Shown here one piece after another: positions 33,382-43,115 of a DNA stretch of 64,000 nt. The stretch is taken from NCBI GenBank assembly GCA_963775685.1, contig CAVZJV010000014.1, forward strand, positions 928,001 to 992,000, in the 5' to 3' direction. A program made the translations under genes and the position numbers. The stretch comes from Candidatus Bathyarchaeota archaeon. Its GTDB lineage: Archaea > Thermoproteota > Bathyarchaeia > Bathyarchaeales > Bathycorpusculaceae. Every line of letters begins with the position of its first letter. Position 1 is the first letter of the stretch. Under the pieces are notes generated by a model. The model was not told where the DNA came from, made no database searches, and saw only the letters and a list, made by a program, of their open reading frames with translations.

Positions 33382-33837
33382 TATGATATCTCAATATACA
33401 CTAATTAAAGTGTTTTTGTTTTCCTTACGATATTAATACTGAACAACAAAAATACAATAAAACTTATTTCAAGTTTCTATAGAAAAGCCAAATTTCCCTT
33501 ATATACAAGTCCATTGGTTATACGTATCAATTTTAATCGGACAAGGCTATATTACCGGTCCTAGGTCGCCATCAACGATTAAGAATATTCAAGCTTAACA
33601 AACAATTAAGAATAAATTCAATTAAACAATCAATTAAATATTTGAAAGTGTTTCTAGAGACTCACCCAGGAAGACCCCAATCTATAAATGAATCCCAATA
33701 TAGTAGTCGAAAATAGATCGAAGAAATCAATAATCTTGAAAAGTTTTTCCTTCTCGATTAAGTTTGAAGTAAAAATAGAATAAAAACATATTAGCCACAG
33801 GATATAATCTTATCTTACTAACTGACAATAAACAATT

Positions 33838-34998
33838 TTATGTTTTGAGGTAACTGATTTCCCTTAGAACTTGCGAATAGGATGCCAAGACATTGTCAGT
33901 AATTTTATCCCACGTATATTTTTCTTCAATAGTTTTTCTTGCAGCTTTTCCAACTCTTTCTCTTATGTTATCATTTTCCAAAAGTGTCAAAATAACTTCG
34001 GCCATAGTGCTGGGAGACTTTGGTGGCACTAAAAATCCATTCACTCCATTCGTTATTACTTCCTTATTGCCACATACATCGGTGGCAACAACTGGCAAGC
34101 CACAAGACATAGCTTCCAAAAGAACAGTGGGCAACCCTTCATAGTGGGATGGAACAACATGCAAAGTTGCATTTTGATATAGTTTGATAAGTTCGTCTCT
34201 TTTGACAAATCCCAAAAGGGCTATGTGCCTCTGCATTTTTTGTTCTCGTACTTCTTTCTCTAGCTTTCGCAAGAATGGACCTTTGCCACACACAACAAAA
34301 TGCACATCTGATTTTACTTTAGAAACAAGCTTGGCGCATTCTACTAAATCAAATAAACCTTTACGTGCACGCAAAATCCCTGTGTATAATACGTATTTTT
34401 CTCCATTTATGGCCTTACTGGTTGGAGTGAATATTTTCTCATTAACACCATTGCCTATAACAGCAATTTTTTCAGATTCTAGACCATATTCTTTCAGTTC
34501 GTCAACAACAGAATAAGATACTGCTGTTATAGAGTTTGAGATATCAAACAATTTGGATTCAATTGAAGGATAGATATAACTGGACTGTAGTCTTTCTAAC
34601 AGAGAATAAAAATCAAAAACCTCATGATACCTTGAATCAGTTCTCATAGATGTGTGCACGGTAGTTATTACAGGCAAATTGGTCTTAATCAACGGTGGAA
34701 GTGGGGAATGTATGTGAACCAAATCAAAGAAGGGCTCAAGATTCTTAAATAATCTATTCATAAAAAGTCCATGTATTGACAAATGGAATGGATACAAAGG
34801 AAAAAAAGATACGTTAAAGACGTCTATGCCTTCCACAACTGTCTTAAAAGAGCTATTAGATGTTCCTCTTGTAAGTACGGTAACCCTATGCCCCCTTTCG
34901 AGCAGTTTTTTGGATAGATTATAAACAAAATAACCTATGCCACCTGATTCAGGAGGGAATTCTCGAGTAATCATGCAAATATTCAATATAAACACCAT
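33838..34998 (-). CDS. GT4 glycosyltransferase
   Basis: EFPPESGGIG, IGNGV, RKGL and EGLPTVLLEAMSCG motifs. Confidence 0.94.
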   Translation of the reverse strand: MVFILNICMITREFPPESGGIGYFVYNLSKKLLERGHRVTVLTRGTSNSSFKTVVEGIDVFNVSFFPLYPFHLSIHGLFMNRLFKNLEPFFDLVHIHSPLPPLIKTNLPVITTVHTSMRTDSRYHEVFDFYSLLERLQSSYIYPSIESKLFDISNSITAVSYSVVDELKEYGLESEKIAVIGNGVNEKIFTPTSKAINGEKYVLYTGILRARKGLFDLVECAKLVSKVKSDVHFVVCGKGPFLRKLEKEVREQKMQRHIALLGFVKRDELIKLYQNATLHVVPSHYEGLPTVLLEAMSCGLPVVATDVCGNKEVITNGVNGFLVPPKSPSTMAEVILTLLENDNIRERVGKAARKTIEEKYTWDKITDNVLASYSQVLREISYLKT

Positions 34999-35032
34999 TT
35001 TAGTTTTCTAATATATGTCCAATAAATATGCG

Positions 35033-36256
35033 TTAAGAAATAGTATTTCGATAAGCATCGTAAGTTTTACGACCAAAAATTTCAGATGAGAAAGAAGTTT
35101 CGATAGTCCTTCTGGCTGCCCTGCCAAACGCTTTATTGAGATTCTCGTTTTCTAGGAGAGAAATTATGCATTTACCTAAGCGCTCATGATCGAATGCCGG
35201 CGCCAATAGGCCATTCTTGCCAGATTCAATTATTTCTGGATTGCCTCCAGCATCACTCGCCACTGTAGCACTACCACAACTCATTGCTTCCAAAATGCTT
35301 AAAGAACAATTTTCGAAAAAAGAAGGGTTCACAGAAACCGTTGCTTCACGAATTATTTTTGGTCGCTCGTAATAACCTAAATGTCCAGTAAAAGAAAAAT
35401 TTTTTTCAGGAATCCCCATTGATCTTATTATTTGCTGATACAATGGAATATTTCCACCCCCAACGAACAAGAATTTAGCGTCTGGAAAATTTCTCAAAAC
35501 CTTAGGCATTGCCTTTATCAATATATGTATTCCTTTCTTAGAGACCAGGCGTCCAACATACACAACTGTAGGATTTCGATATTTGGTCTCTATTTCTTCT
35601 TTTGCAGGTGGAGTAAAGAAGTTTGTATCAACACCATTGTAAACGACATCAATCTTATTTTTATCCACTTTAAGTTGTTCCGCTGCAAGCTGCTTAGTAG
35701 CATTAGAGACCGCTATAAATCTAGATACTTGTCTTACATAATTTTGTTGCAATAATTCTATTATTGGATAAAACTTGAGAATTGATTCTTCTCCTGATTC
35801 TAGATCAGTAAAACGGGATTGAGCTAATAGAGCTTGATCTCGAAGCATTTGAATTGTCCCGTGCAATGTTAAAATCGTTGGAACTGGGATTCGACTGAAC
35901 AACCTTAGGAAGACGTCAGGCATGTGACATAAGTGAGAATGTATAATATCGAATTTGTATTTCTTGTTTAACTCTGGAATCTTTTTGAAGCAAGAAAGCT
36001 GAAAAGGAAGATTGTAAAAAAAAGTCTCATTTGATACTGATAAATAGTGAATATCTATTGGTCTCCCAAAAATCGAGTTCATTTCATTACTTTGAGTTTC
36101 TGTTTCTTGGATTCCTGCAATCTTGCGTTTTAGAGTTAAAACATGAATGTCGACATTTTTAGGTAGAGATTTAATTAACTCAATAATGTATGAGCCTGTG
36201 CCTCCCCAAACTGGGAAAAATTCAGGAGCAAGCATGCATAAACTTAAAGAACCCAT
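35033..36256 (-). CDS. GT4 glycosyltransferase
   Basis: PEFFPVWGGTG, VYNGVD, GRLVSKKG and ENCSLSILEAMSCG motifs; ATG 36256 follows a GGGG RBS. Confidence 0.93.
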   Translation of the reverse strand: MGSLSLCMLAPEFFPVWGGTGSYIIELIKSLPKNVDIHVLTLKRKIAGIQETETQSNEMNSIFGRPIDIHYLSVSNETFFYNLPFQLSCFKKIPELNKKYKFDIIHSHLCHMPDVFLRLFSRIPVPTILTLHGTIQMLRDQALLAQSRFTDLESGEESILKFYPIIELLQQNYVRQVSRFIAVSNATKQLAAEQLKVDKNKIDVVYNGVDTNFFTPPAKEEIETKYRNPTVVYVGRLVSKKGIHILIKAMPKVLRNFPDAKFLFVGGGNIPLYQQIIRSMGIPEKNFSFTGHLGYYERPKIIREATVSVNPSFFENCSLSILEAMSCGSATVASDAGGNPEIIESGKNGLLAPAFDHERLGKCIISLLENENLNKAFGRAARRTIETSFSSEIFGRKTYDAYRNTIS

Positions 36257-36651
36257 TTTTTTCCCTTTTAAAGATTTGATACTTCTTATGTATGTTATTA
36301 AGTGATAGCCTTTCAATTATGCTCTAATTCATCAAGTGCTTAAGATAGTTTGGTGAAGCATTACCCACCTTATTGAGCTAACATCATCATTTATTAGTAT
36401 AGCAAATGAATCTGTCAACAATAATAGATCAAACAATTCATGTAAAACATCCTTAATGTAATTAAACCTTGACGACTCCCAGTTTTGCATATAACTTAAT
36501 ATCTGGATGGTACCAAGGTTTTTAAGCAAAGTAAATAATAACTTGCTTTTTGCATTAGTGGCAGTAATTGAAGCTTCACATACGTTAAATAACTTGGATA
36601 GTTACATTCTGATAATTTTTGATCGCGAAGTTCTTAGTTGCCATTTTCCCA

Positions 36652-37551
36652 TCAAAGTTTTTCTTTGATATAATTGAATGTTTCGAGCGCCTGCTTTTCT
36701 CTTGAAACTCCTATTACAACGCCCTTTATGTTCGGTAAGTCTTTTAAATAGTCAGCCGCTTCAGAAAGAGTAAGATACCCTGAGGCTAATACGCTCATTG
36801 CAATCAGATTGCATTCTGAGGATTTCGTTAGCGCATTCTCACAATCCTCTCTGGATGGATTCATTTGAAATCCTAGTTTATTGAATGGTGTTGCGATAGA
36901 TATTTGACTAAAATCAACATTCCATTCATTAAATTTCCTAACTAAATACGCGAAATTCCTCGTTTCAAAACCTGGTTTCATTCCAAGTTCTAAGGATAGG
37001 TCGATATAAGATTTTGCAAGCCAATCCAAGTTAAGGGATAGAATTATCTCGGTAATAACTTCATGGAGCATCATTGATTCCAAGTTGAAACAAGTGCCAA
37101 TTGCATCTTTAGTCCTTGAGAGCTCATAGAGTAAATAGGCTTTGAGAAGATCTTTGGGGTTCATTGTCGTCAGGAATTTTAGACTAGCTCCGATTGCTCC
37201 GACATTACCTGAAAGCACCATTTGCTTAGTGAGTTTTTTTGCTAACCCAACAGTGCCCAAGTTAGTTGCTATTCTAACGTATTCATAAGCGTAAGGTACG
37301 ATTGCATATAAAGTTGGAGAACCGCTAACTACACTTTCATTAAGTATTCGCAAAATAGAAAGTGTGATGTCACTAACTGAAAACATGAAGCCGGTAGCCC
37401 CATTCTCAAGCGAGGTTTGTACCAGTTTTGCAGCATAGATAGAATTGTTTATCTCATTGCCCCTAGCTCTTGCCCTATCCTCAGAAATGTGGCTTATTCC
37501 ATGAAATGGATTATCGCCTACAAGGAGGAATTTTTTTCCATTGGTTGACAT
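36652..37551 (-). CDS. Conserved hypothetical, aldo/keto-reductase-like TIM-barrel protein
   Basis: LVGDNPFHGISH, FNKLGFQMNP and IAMSVLASG motifs; start overlaps the end of the oxidoreductase gene. Confidence 0.7.
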   Translation of the reverse strand: MSTNGKKFLLVGDNPFHGISHISEDRARARGNEINNSIYAAKLVQTSLENGATGFMFSVSDITLSILRILNESVVSGSPTLYAIVPYAYEYVRIATNLGTVGLAKKLTKQMVLSGNVGAIGASLKFLTTMNPKDLLKAYLLYELSRTKDAIGTCFNLESMMLHEVITEIILSLNLDWLAKSYIDLSLELGMKPGFETRNFAYLVRKFNEWNVDFSQISIATPFNKLGFQMNPSREDCENALTKSSECNLIAMSVLASGYLTLSEAADYLKDLPNIKGVVIGVSREKQALETFNYIKEKL

Positions 37552-38528
37552 TTTAAAGCCTCTTGTTTGACTTGCTCAATTATCTGATCAACTGTAGACG
37601 CCGTCTTAAAACTGGGTTCAGCCTTCTTTCCCTTCAATATCGAACTTACAAAGTATTCGTCCTCGCGATAATACTCGGGATCACCAAGTAAAAAGGGGAC
37701 ATTATCATTCAGCTCAGGTCGATACCACTGAACTTGTTTCCCAACATTAGGTTCTAAGGTTACATTATAATCGTTAACTGTCAGAACCCCATTTGTTCCA
37801 CGAACAGTTAAACCAAAGTTTGGCATACGATAATTTTCCTCGCACCAGGAAATATCAAACTTCCCCGACAGTCCCAATTGTCTAACCATAAAAGTTACAG
37901 AATCTTCGGAATTTTCACCTATTCTTGATTTAATAAAAGCCTTTTCAACCGTTAAGTCACCAAAAAACCATAGGGCTAAATCTATGATATGAGAACCTAA
38001 ATCACTTAGAACGCCACCTCTCGAAATGGCTTTTAAGGATTTGCTGCAAGCTGCAAAATCTGAAGAGAAAGCAGTTCCTTGAAATGAAATCAAGTCGCCC
38101 AAAACATTTTCAGACAAGAGATTTCGGGCTTTTGTGAAGGTTGAGCTAAACCGCTTCATATATCCAACCATGTTGATCCCTGATTCTCTGGTTAAAGCGC
38201 ATAATTCATTAGCTTTATCCCAGCTTGAAGCAAGGGTCTTCTCAACAAACACATTGCTGGTGATATTTTTTGTATAAAGAGCTTTAACTATTGGAAAATG
38301 AGCAGGTATAGGAGCAGTCACAAAAGCGCAATCCAGAGATAAATCGTTTAACTTTTCTACATCATCTACAACAACAGAGCGCTTAAACAACTTTTTAGCT
38401 ACTCTACGTAGCATCGTACTTTTGTCACAAAAGGCTATGACGTCAACGCCTGGAATAGTATTAAGAATACAGGAATGAAGCAGACCCATTTTGCCTAAAC
38501 CTATTATAACGACTTTAAGTCTATCCAT
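37518..38528 (-). CDS. Gfo/Idh/MocA-family NAD(P)-dependent oxidoreductase
   Basis: IIGLGKMG, VFVEK, VGYMKRF and GGVLSDLGSHIIDL motifs. Confidence 0.92.
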   Translation of the reverse strand: MDRLKVVIIGLGKMGLLHSCILNTIPGVDVIAFCDKSTMLRRVAKKLFKRSVVVDDVEKLNDLSLDCAFVTAPIPAHFPIVKALYTKNITSNVFVEKTLASSWDKANELCALTRESGINMVGYMKRFSSTFTKARNLLSENVLGDLISFQGTAFSSDFAACSKSLKAISRGGVLSDLGSHIIDLALWFFGDLTVEKAFIKSRIGENSEDSVTFMVRQLGLSGKFDISWCEENYRMPNFGLTVRGTNGVLTVNDYNVTLEPNVGKQVQWYRPELNDNVPFLLGDPEYYREDEYFVSSILKGKKAEPSFKTASTVDQIIEQVKQEALKCQPMEKNSSL

Positions 38529-39385
38529 ATTTTAGCAGTCCTATTCTTTTTTTAAGAAAGCTTAGCGGCGTTTTGCGATTGGTTTAAAGAAATCACAACT
38601 AATCTACTCCTGATTACTAAATCCCTCTTTGACAAGAGCGGATGTGTTTTTTATGGCTAAGTCCATAGGAAGTATACCCAAAGTAACAAGAACTTCTATT
38701 TATTATTTAAGAATTGGAAATATTCTTTTACAACAAATATATGCATTCTGAAGATTTCAGGATTACAAGTAACGTTCCACATTACTCAAAATACAATCCC
38801 AAAAGACGCATTGTTCATATAGTCGTCTTGCAAATCCACAAACCTGTAAAAATAGTGTTCAAAATCATAAAGACAGACGCTTAAGTCTGTCAATATCTTG
38901 CCTTTGTCTACCGTAACCACTCACTTTGTTGCCATTTCATGGTTCCAACAGCTGTTTAGTCGAACATGAAAACCACTAATAAGCCTCTAAAAAACAAAAA
39001 ATGAAGATGCAAGGGATAAGTAGCCAAAATGGGAGAGCTATATTGGACAAGTTGGGTCTACGACAAAAGTGAAAGGATTTTCTGCTGTTAAGGAAAAGTG
39101 TATTTATGGTCAGAAAAACCTGAGACAATTAAAGTTTCCTCGATGCACATATGAGACAAAATCTCGAAAGAGCCACATATAAAAACATTGGACTTTTATC
39201 AGAAAAGTTCTCACGCTGGGCAGGTTCAATTCAAAACTGCGCAAAAAGCCCATTCACCTGGCGCCCATTTTTTCAATAATCCAAATCAATCCAAGTCAGG
39301 TTCAATACAAACATTTTGACCTACGGAGTCAGCCTCGAAAGATGCGCTAGCAAATCTTTAAGAACTAATTCTAGCTTAAAATTAA

Positions 39386-42103
39386 GTGAGTGGAGAAGCT
39401 TTGAGAAGACCATCTACTTTTGGATTAGCACTAGCTATATTGATGCTGTTTTCTTGTGTTTTGGTTTTTGAAGTAACACTGCCAGAAGCTAACGCGCTGG
39501 TTTTGTTCAGCGACGATTTCGCCAACCTGAATAACATGACCGTAATCAATGGTGTTTGGGACACTTCAGGAAGTCTGCTTCAGGGTACAGCAGCTAATGG
39601 AGAAGCATTAGTTTGGACAGGAGACCTCTCTTGGATGTATTATCAAGCAACCGCGAACCTTCGTGCAGTTAACCCTGGAGGCGAAGCCGGCCTTGTCGTA
39701 AGGTACACTGACCCCGCCAACTTTTACCTTTTGGGGCTGGGCAGTTTTGGTCACAAATATAGTATTTCAAGAGTTGTGAATGGTGTTTACACGGAGCTGG
39801 CTTTTTCAGGGCTTTACACCGAGGTAGAAGCGGGCAGGTGGTATACTGTTTCTGCGGTTGCGTTTTGTGGTAGGTTGCAGTTGTTTGTGGACGGGGTTAA
39901 GGTTTTGGATGCACTGGATTATTCGAATCCTAGTGGGGATTATTCGCATCCTAGTGGGGCTGTGGGTTTTCGAGTATGGCAGGATACGATGCAGGTCGAA
40001 CAATTGATTGTGCAATCGCTTGGATGGAGCCAAACCTACGGAGGAACAGGCTCGGAAAGTGCCTCTTCTGTTGTTCAGACAAGTGATGGAGGATACGCCA
40101 TAGCAGGCACAACTTATAATATTACAATAAACCAAGATGTTTATTCGGATGTTTATTTGGTTAAGACTGATGCGTCTGGAAATATGTTGTGGAACAAAAT
40201 CTACGGAGGAACAGGCTCGGAAAGTGCCTCTTCTGTTGTTCAGACAAGTGATGGAGGATACGCCATAGCAGGCACAACAGACTCTTATGGTGCTGGCAAC
40301 AATGATTTTTGGTTAGTGAAGACGGATTCAGCTGGAAACCAACTTTGGACTAAAACCTACGGAGGAACAGGCTCGGAAAGTGCCTCTTCTGTTGTTCAGA
40401 CAAGTGATGGAGGATACGCCATAGCAGGCACAACAGACTCTTATGGTGCTGGCAACAATGATTTTTGGTTAGTGAAGACGGATTCAGCTGGAAACCAACT
40501 TTGGACTAAAACCTACGGAGGAACAGGCTCGGAAAGTGCCTCTTCTGTTGTTCAGACAAGTGATGGAGGATACGCCATAGCAGGCACAACTTATAATATT
40601 ACAATAAACCAAGATGTTTATTCGGATGTTTATTTGGTTAAGACTGATGCGTCTGGAAATATGTTGTGGAACAAAATCTACGGAGGAACAGGCCTTCAAG
40701 GTGGGCAGGGTGTTGTTCAAACCTCTGATGACGGATACGCAATTGTAGGCAGGAGATCCTTTTTTGGACCTAGCAAATATGATATTTATTTGGTTAAGAC
40801 TGATGCGTCTGGAAATATGCTGTGGAACAAAACCTACGGAGGCTTTGATTATGGGCTGGGAGTCTATAATTATGGATTCGGCTTTGGTGTTGTTCAAACT
40901 AGTGATGGCGGATACGCAATTGTAGGCAGTACAAGTTCTTATGGTGCTGGCGACTTTGTTTATTTGATTAAGACTGATGGGTCTGGAAATATGCTGTGGA
41001 ACAGAATCTACGGAGGAACAGGCTCGGAAAGTGCCTCTTCTGTTGTTCAGACAAGTGATGGAGGATACGCCATAGCAGGCACAACAGACTCTTATGGTGC
41101 TGGCAACAATGATTTTTGGTTAGTGAAGGTGCCAGGTGATTCTTCACCATACACTATTCATGATTATGATGGTTTATGGCGCACTTTTGACTTTGCAATA
41201 AGGCTCTCAGCTGTAGATGACTTCACCAGTGTTAACCAAATATACTATAGGATTAACGATGGGGCAATTAAAACCGTTAACAGCAACGGACAACCAGTCA
41301 TAAGCACTGAAGGCGCCAACAACAAGTTAGAATATTGGAGTACCGATAGCCTCGGAAACGAAGAGCTTCCGCATAAAACCCTGTCTGGAATACAACTAGA
41401 CAAAACCGCGCCTACTGGCTCAATAATTGTTAACAGCGGCGATGCCTTTACATCTTCCATATCAGTAAATTTGGCGTTGAGTGCAAATGATTTGACGTCA
41501 GGTGTGTCTCAAGCCCGGTACAGTAATGACGGTGTATGGGACACCGAGCCCTGGGAGACGCCTTCAGCATTTAAAACCTGGACTTTAACAGCTGGTGACG
41601 GCATAAAAACTGTTTACTATCAAGTCAAGGATAACGTGGGTTTGCTCAGTTCCACCTACTCAGACACCATCATTTTAGAAACACCTCCTACACCAACCCC
41701 GACACCTACTTTAACACCTACACCAACCCCGAGCCCTTCGCCTACTCCAACAACTATTCCAACTTCAACTCCTTCACCTTCCCCCACGTCAACTCCTACT
41801 CCAACACCAATAACTTCACCAACTCCTTCACAAACACCCTCACCCACTCCGACAACTACAACCCCACAAACCTCACCTACAGCTTCGCCAAATCCAATTC
41901 CCTCGCCAACCACAACTCTAAGCCCTACTGCAACACCTGATACTGCAACCCCAAGTCCAAGCCAAATTCAATCACCATCGCCTTCACCTACGTCACAGTC
42001 CACAGAAACACCCCTCTACCTCTATGCATTAGTAGTATTTGCTATTGCAGCAGTAAGTGTAGCTATATTCAGCATCGTGAAAAAAATGACGCCTAAGAAA
42101 TAA
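39386..42103 (+). CDS. Anchored surface protein: DUF1080/LamG-like head, 7-blade beta-propeller, two beta-sandwich domains, Pro/Thr/Ser stalk, C-terminal TM
   Basis: Signal peptide (probable TTG 39401 after GGAG); LFSDDF...GRWYTV...LFVDG head; seven YGG...VVQTSD.GYAI.G repeats; LEYWSTD..GNEE domain. Confidence 0.88.
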   Translation: MSGEALRRPSTFGLALAILMLFSCVLVFEVTLPEANALVLFSDDFANLNNMTVINGVWDTSGSLLQGTAANGEALVWTGDLSWMYYQATANLRAVNPGGEAGLVVRYTDPANFYLLGLGSFGHKYSISRVVNGVYTELAFSGLYTEVEAGRWYTVSAVAFCGRLQLFVDGVKVLDALDYSNPSGDYSHPSGAVGFRVWQDTMQVEQLIVQSLGWSQTYGGTGSESASSVVQTSDGGYAIAGTTYNITINQDVYSDVYLVKTDASGNMLWNKIYGGTGSESASSVVQTSDGGYAIAGTTDSYGAGNNDFWLVKTDSAGNQLWTKTYGGTGSESASSVVQTSDGGYAIAGTTDSYGAGNNDFWLVKTDSAGNQLWTKTYGGTGSESASSVVQTSDGGYAIAGTTYNITINQDVYSDVYLVKTDASGNMLWNKIYGGTGLQGGQGVVQTSDDGYAIVGRRSFFGPSKYDIYLVKTDASGNMLWNKTYGGFDYGLGVYNYGFGFGVVQTSDGGYAIVGSTSSYGAGDFVYLIKTDGSGNMLWNRIYGGTGSESASSVVQTSDGGYAIAGTTDSYGAGNNDFWLVKVPGDSSPYTIHDYDGLWRTFDFAIRLSAVDDFTSVNQIYYRINDGAIKTVNSNGQPVISTEGANNKLEYWSTDSLGNEELPHKTLSGIQLDKTAPTGSIIVNSGDAFTSSISVNLALSANDLTSGVSQARYSNDGVWDTEPWETPSAFKTWTLTAGDGIKTVYYQVKDNVGLLSSTYSDTIILETPPTPTPTPTLTPTPTPSPSPTPTTIPTSTPSPSPTSTPTPTPITSPTPSQTPSPTPTTTTPQTSPTASPNPIPSPTTTLSPTATPDTATPSPSQIQSPSPSPTSQSTETPLYLYALVVFAIAAVSVAIFSIVKKMTPKK
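40036..41128 (+). repeat. Seven intragenic 156-174 bp propeller-blade repeats, several identical at DNA level
   Basis: CTACGGAGG unit starts at 40036, 40201, 40357, 40513, 40678, 40834 and 41008; blade order A-B-B-A-C-D-B'. Confidence 0.93.
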
Positions 42104-42684
42104 GCGTTGCCTGATGAACCCAACAAATTTTTACAAGATCCGACATCTCGAACCCAATTTGCGGGTCATATAATGGGAAAAAACGCCAACTGTTTTCTAG
42201 TAACTATGTTTATTTGAAAGAACGAATTAATCGTTGATATACATAAATGATAAGACTAGTGCAAAGGCTGTAAGACCTATCTCTATTGAGAGTATTGCTG
42301 GATTTGGCTCCACTGCTTTAAAATATCCTTGGTAGAGTATGCTTGTGAACGTTAGAATTTGGAAGAATATTGCGTCGCCTATACAACTTAAGCCTAAGCC
42401 TTAGAAGATAAGGTATATTCTTCGGTTAAACGTAGCCTCGGGCGATATTAGTGGTCCTTAAAAAATTCGTTTTTGAGACTTTATGCTTTATGAATTTAGA
42501 GTTATTATTGAAAATACTTGAAACTTGTGATAAAGGTCTTTTTTTAAGTGGCTTTTCTGATTGGCTCATGGATTACTTGTTGAGGAATCGAAACTTGTTT
42601 GTTGCTCTTGAGGAGAAGATCCCTCAGATACGATTTCAAGGAGTTGGGTAAAAATTATTTATGATGATTTTCGTTTGTTATCTT

Positions 42685-42885
42685 TTATTTAATTGCTTTT
42701 TCTAACTTGGCTAAATCGGCGATAATTTTATTGGTTAAAGTGTCGCATTTTTGATGGTTCATTTTCTTGAATTGTGCAAAGCGGTGCCGGTATCGAATAA
42801 ACGCTTTCTGTCCCTTCTTCTTTTTAATGTTGCCATCGAATAGCAAACTTTGTAGCTTACGCTTAACATGGTCAGCGTTAAGCAA
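42685..42885 (-). CDS. Small basic hypothetical protein, 66 aa
   Basis: GGAGG RBS before the TTG and a TATATA box near 42950; Lys/Arg-rich. Confidence 0.55.
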   Translation of the reverse strand: MLNADHVKRKLQSLLFDGNIKKKKGQKAFIRYRHRFAQFKKMNHQKCDTLTNKIIADLAKLEKAIK

Positions 42886-43115
42886 AAAAGAGCCTCCAAA
42901 AAAGGGAGTTGAGCGCGGAGTGGGGAAATCACCAAAAAATAGACGTGCCTATATAGTTAGTAAATTGCTTTTCAAAAAAATTATTAAAGAAATAAGTATA
43001 TTAGAAAAACTATCGTAACTTAATTGTTGCTGCATGGGATAAATTTTTTTTATCTCTTTCATTAAATACTTGTATTACGAAATAAAAATAAAAAAAGGAG
43101 ATTTTAGCAGGTTAA

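Noticed and set aside
36320-36650. Possible decayed gene between the hypothetical protein and GT4
   Set aside because: Multiple stops in the frames examined and no family could be recognised.
40036-41128. CRISPR-like repeat/spacer appearance
   Set aside because: Units are 156-174 bp, in frame within a protein, the variable parts recur, and no cas genes are present.
42104-42190. CTGATGA...GAAA hammerhead-like core
   Set aside because: Stem II does not close next to GAAA, and no consistent stem I/III with a cleavage triplet was found.
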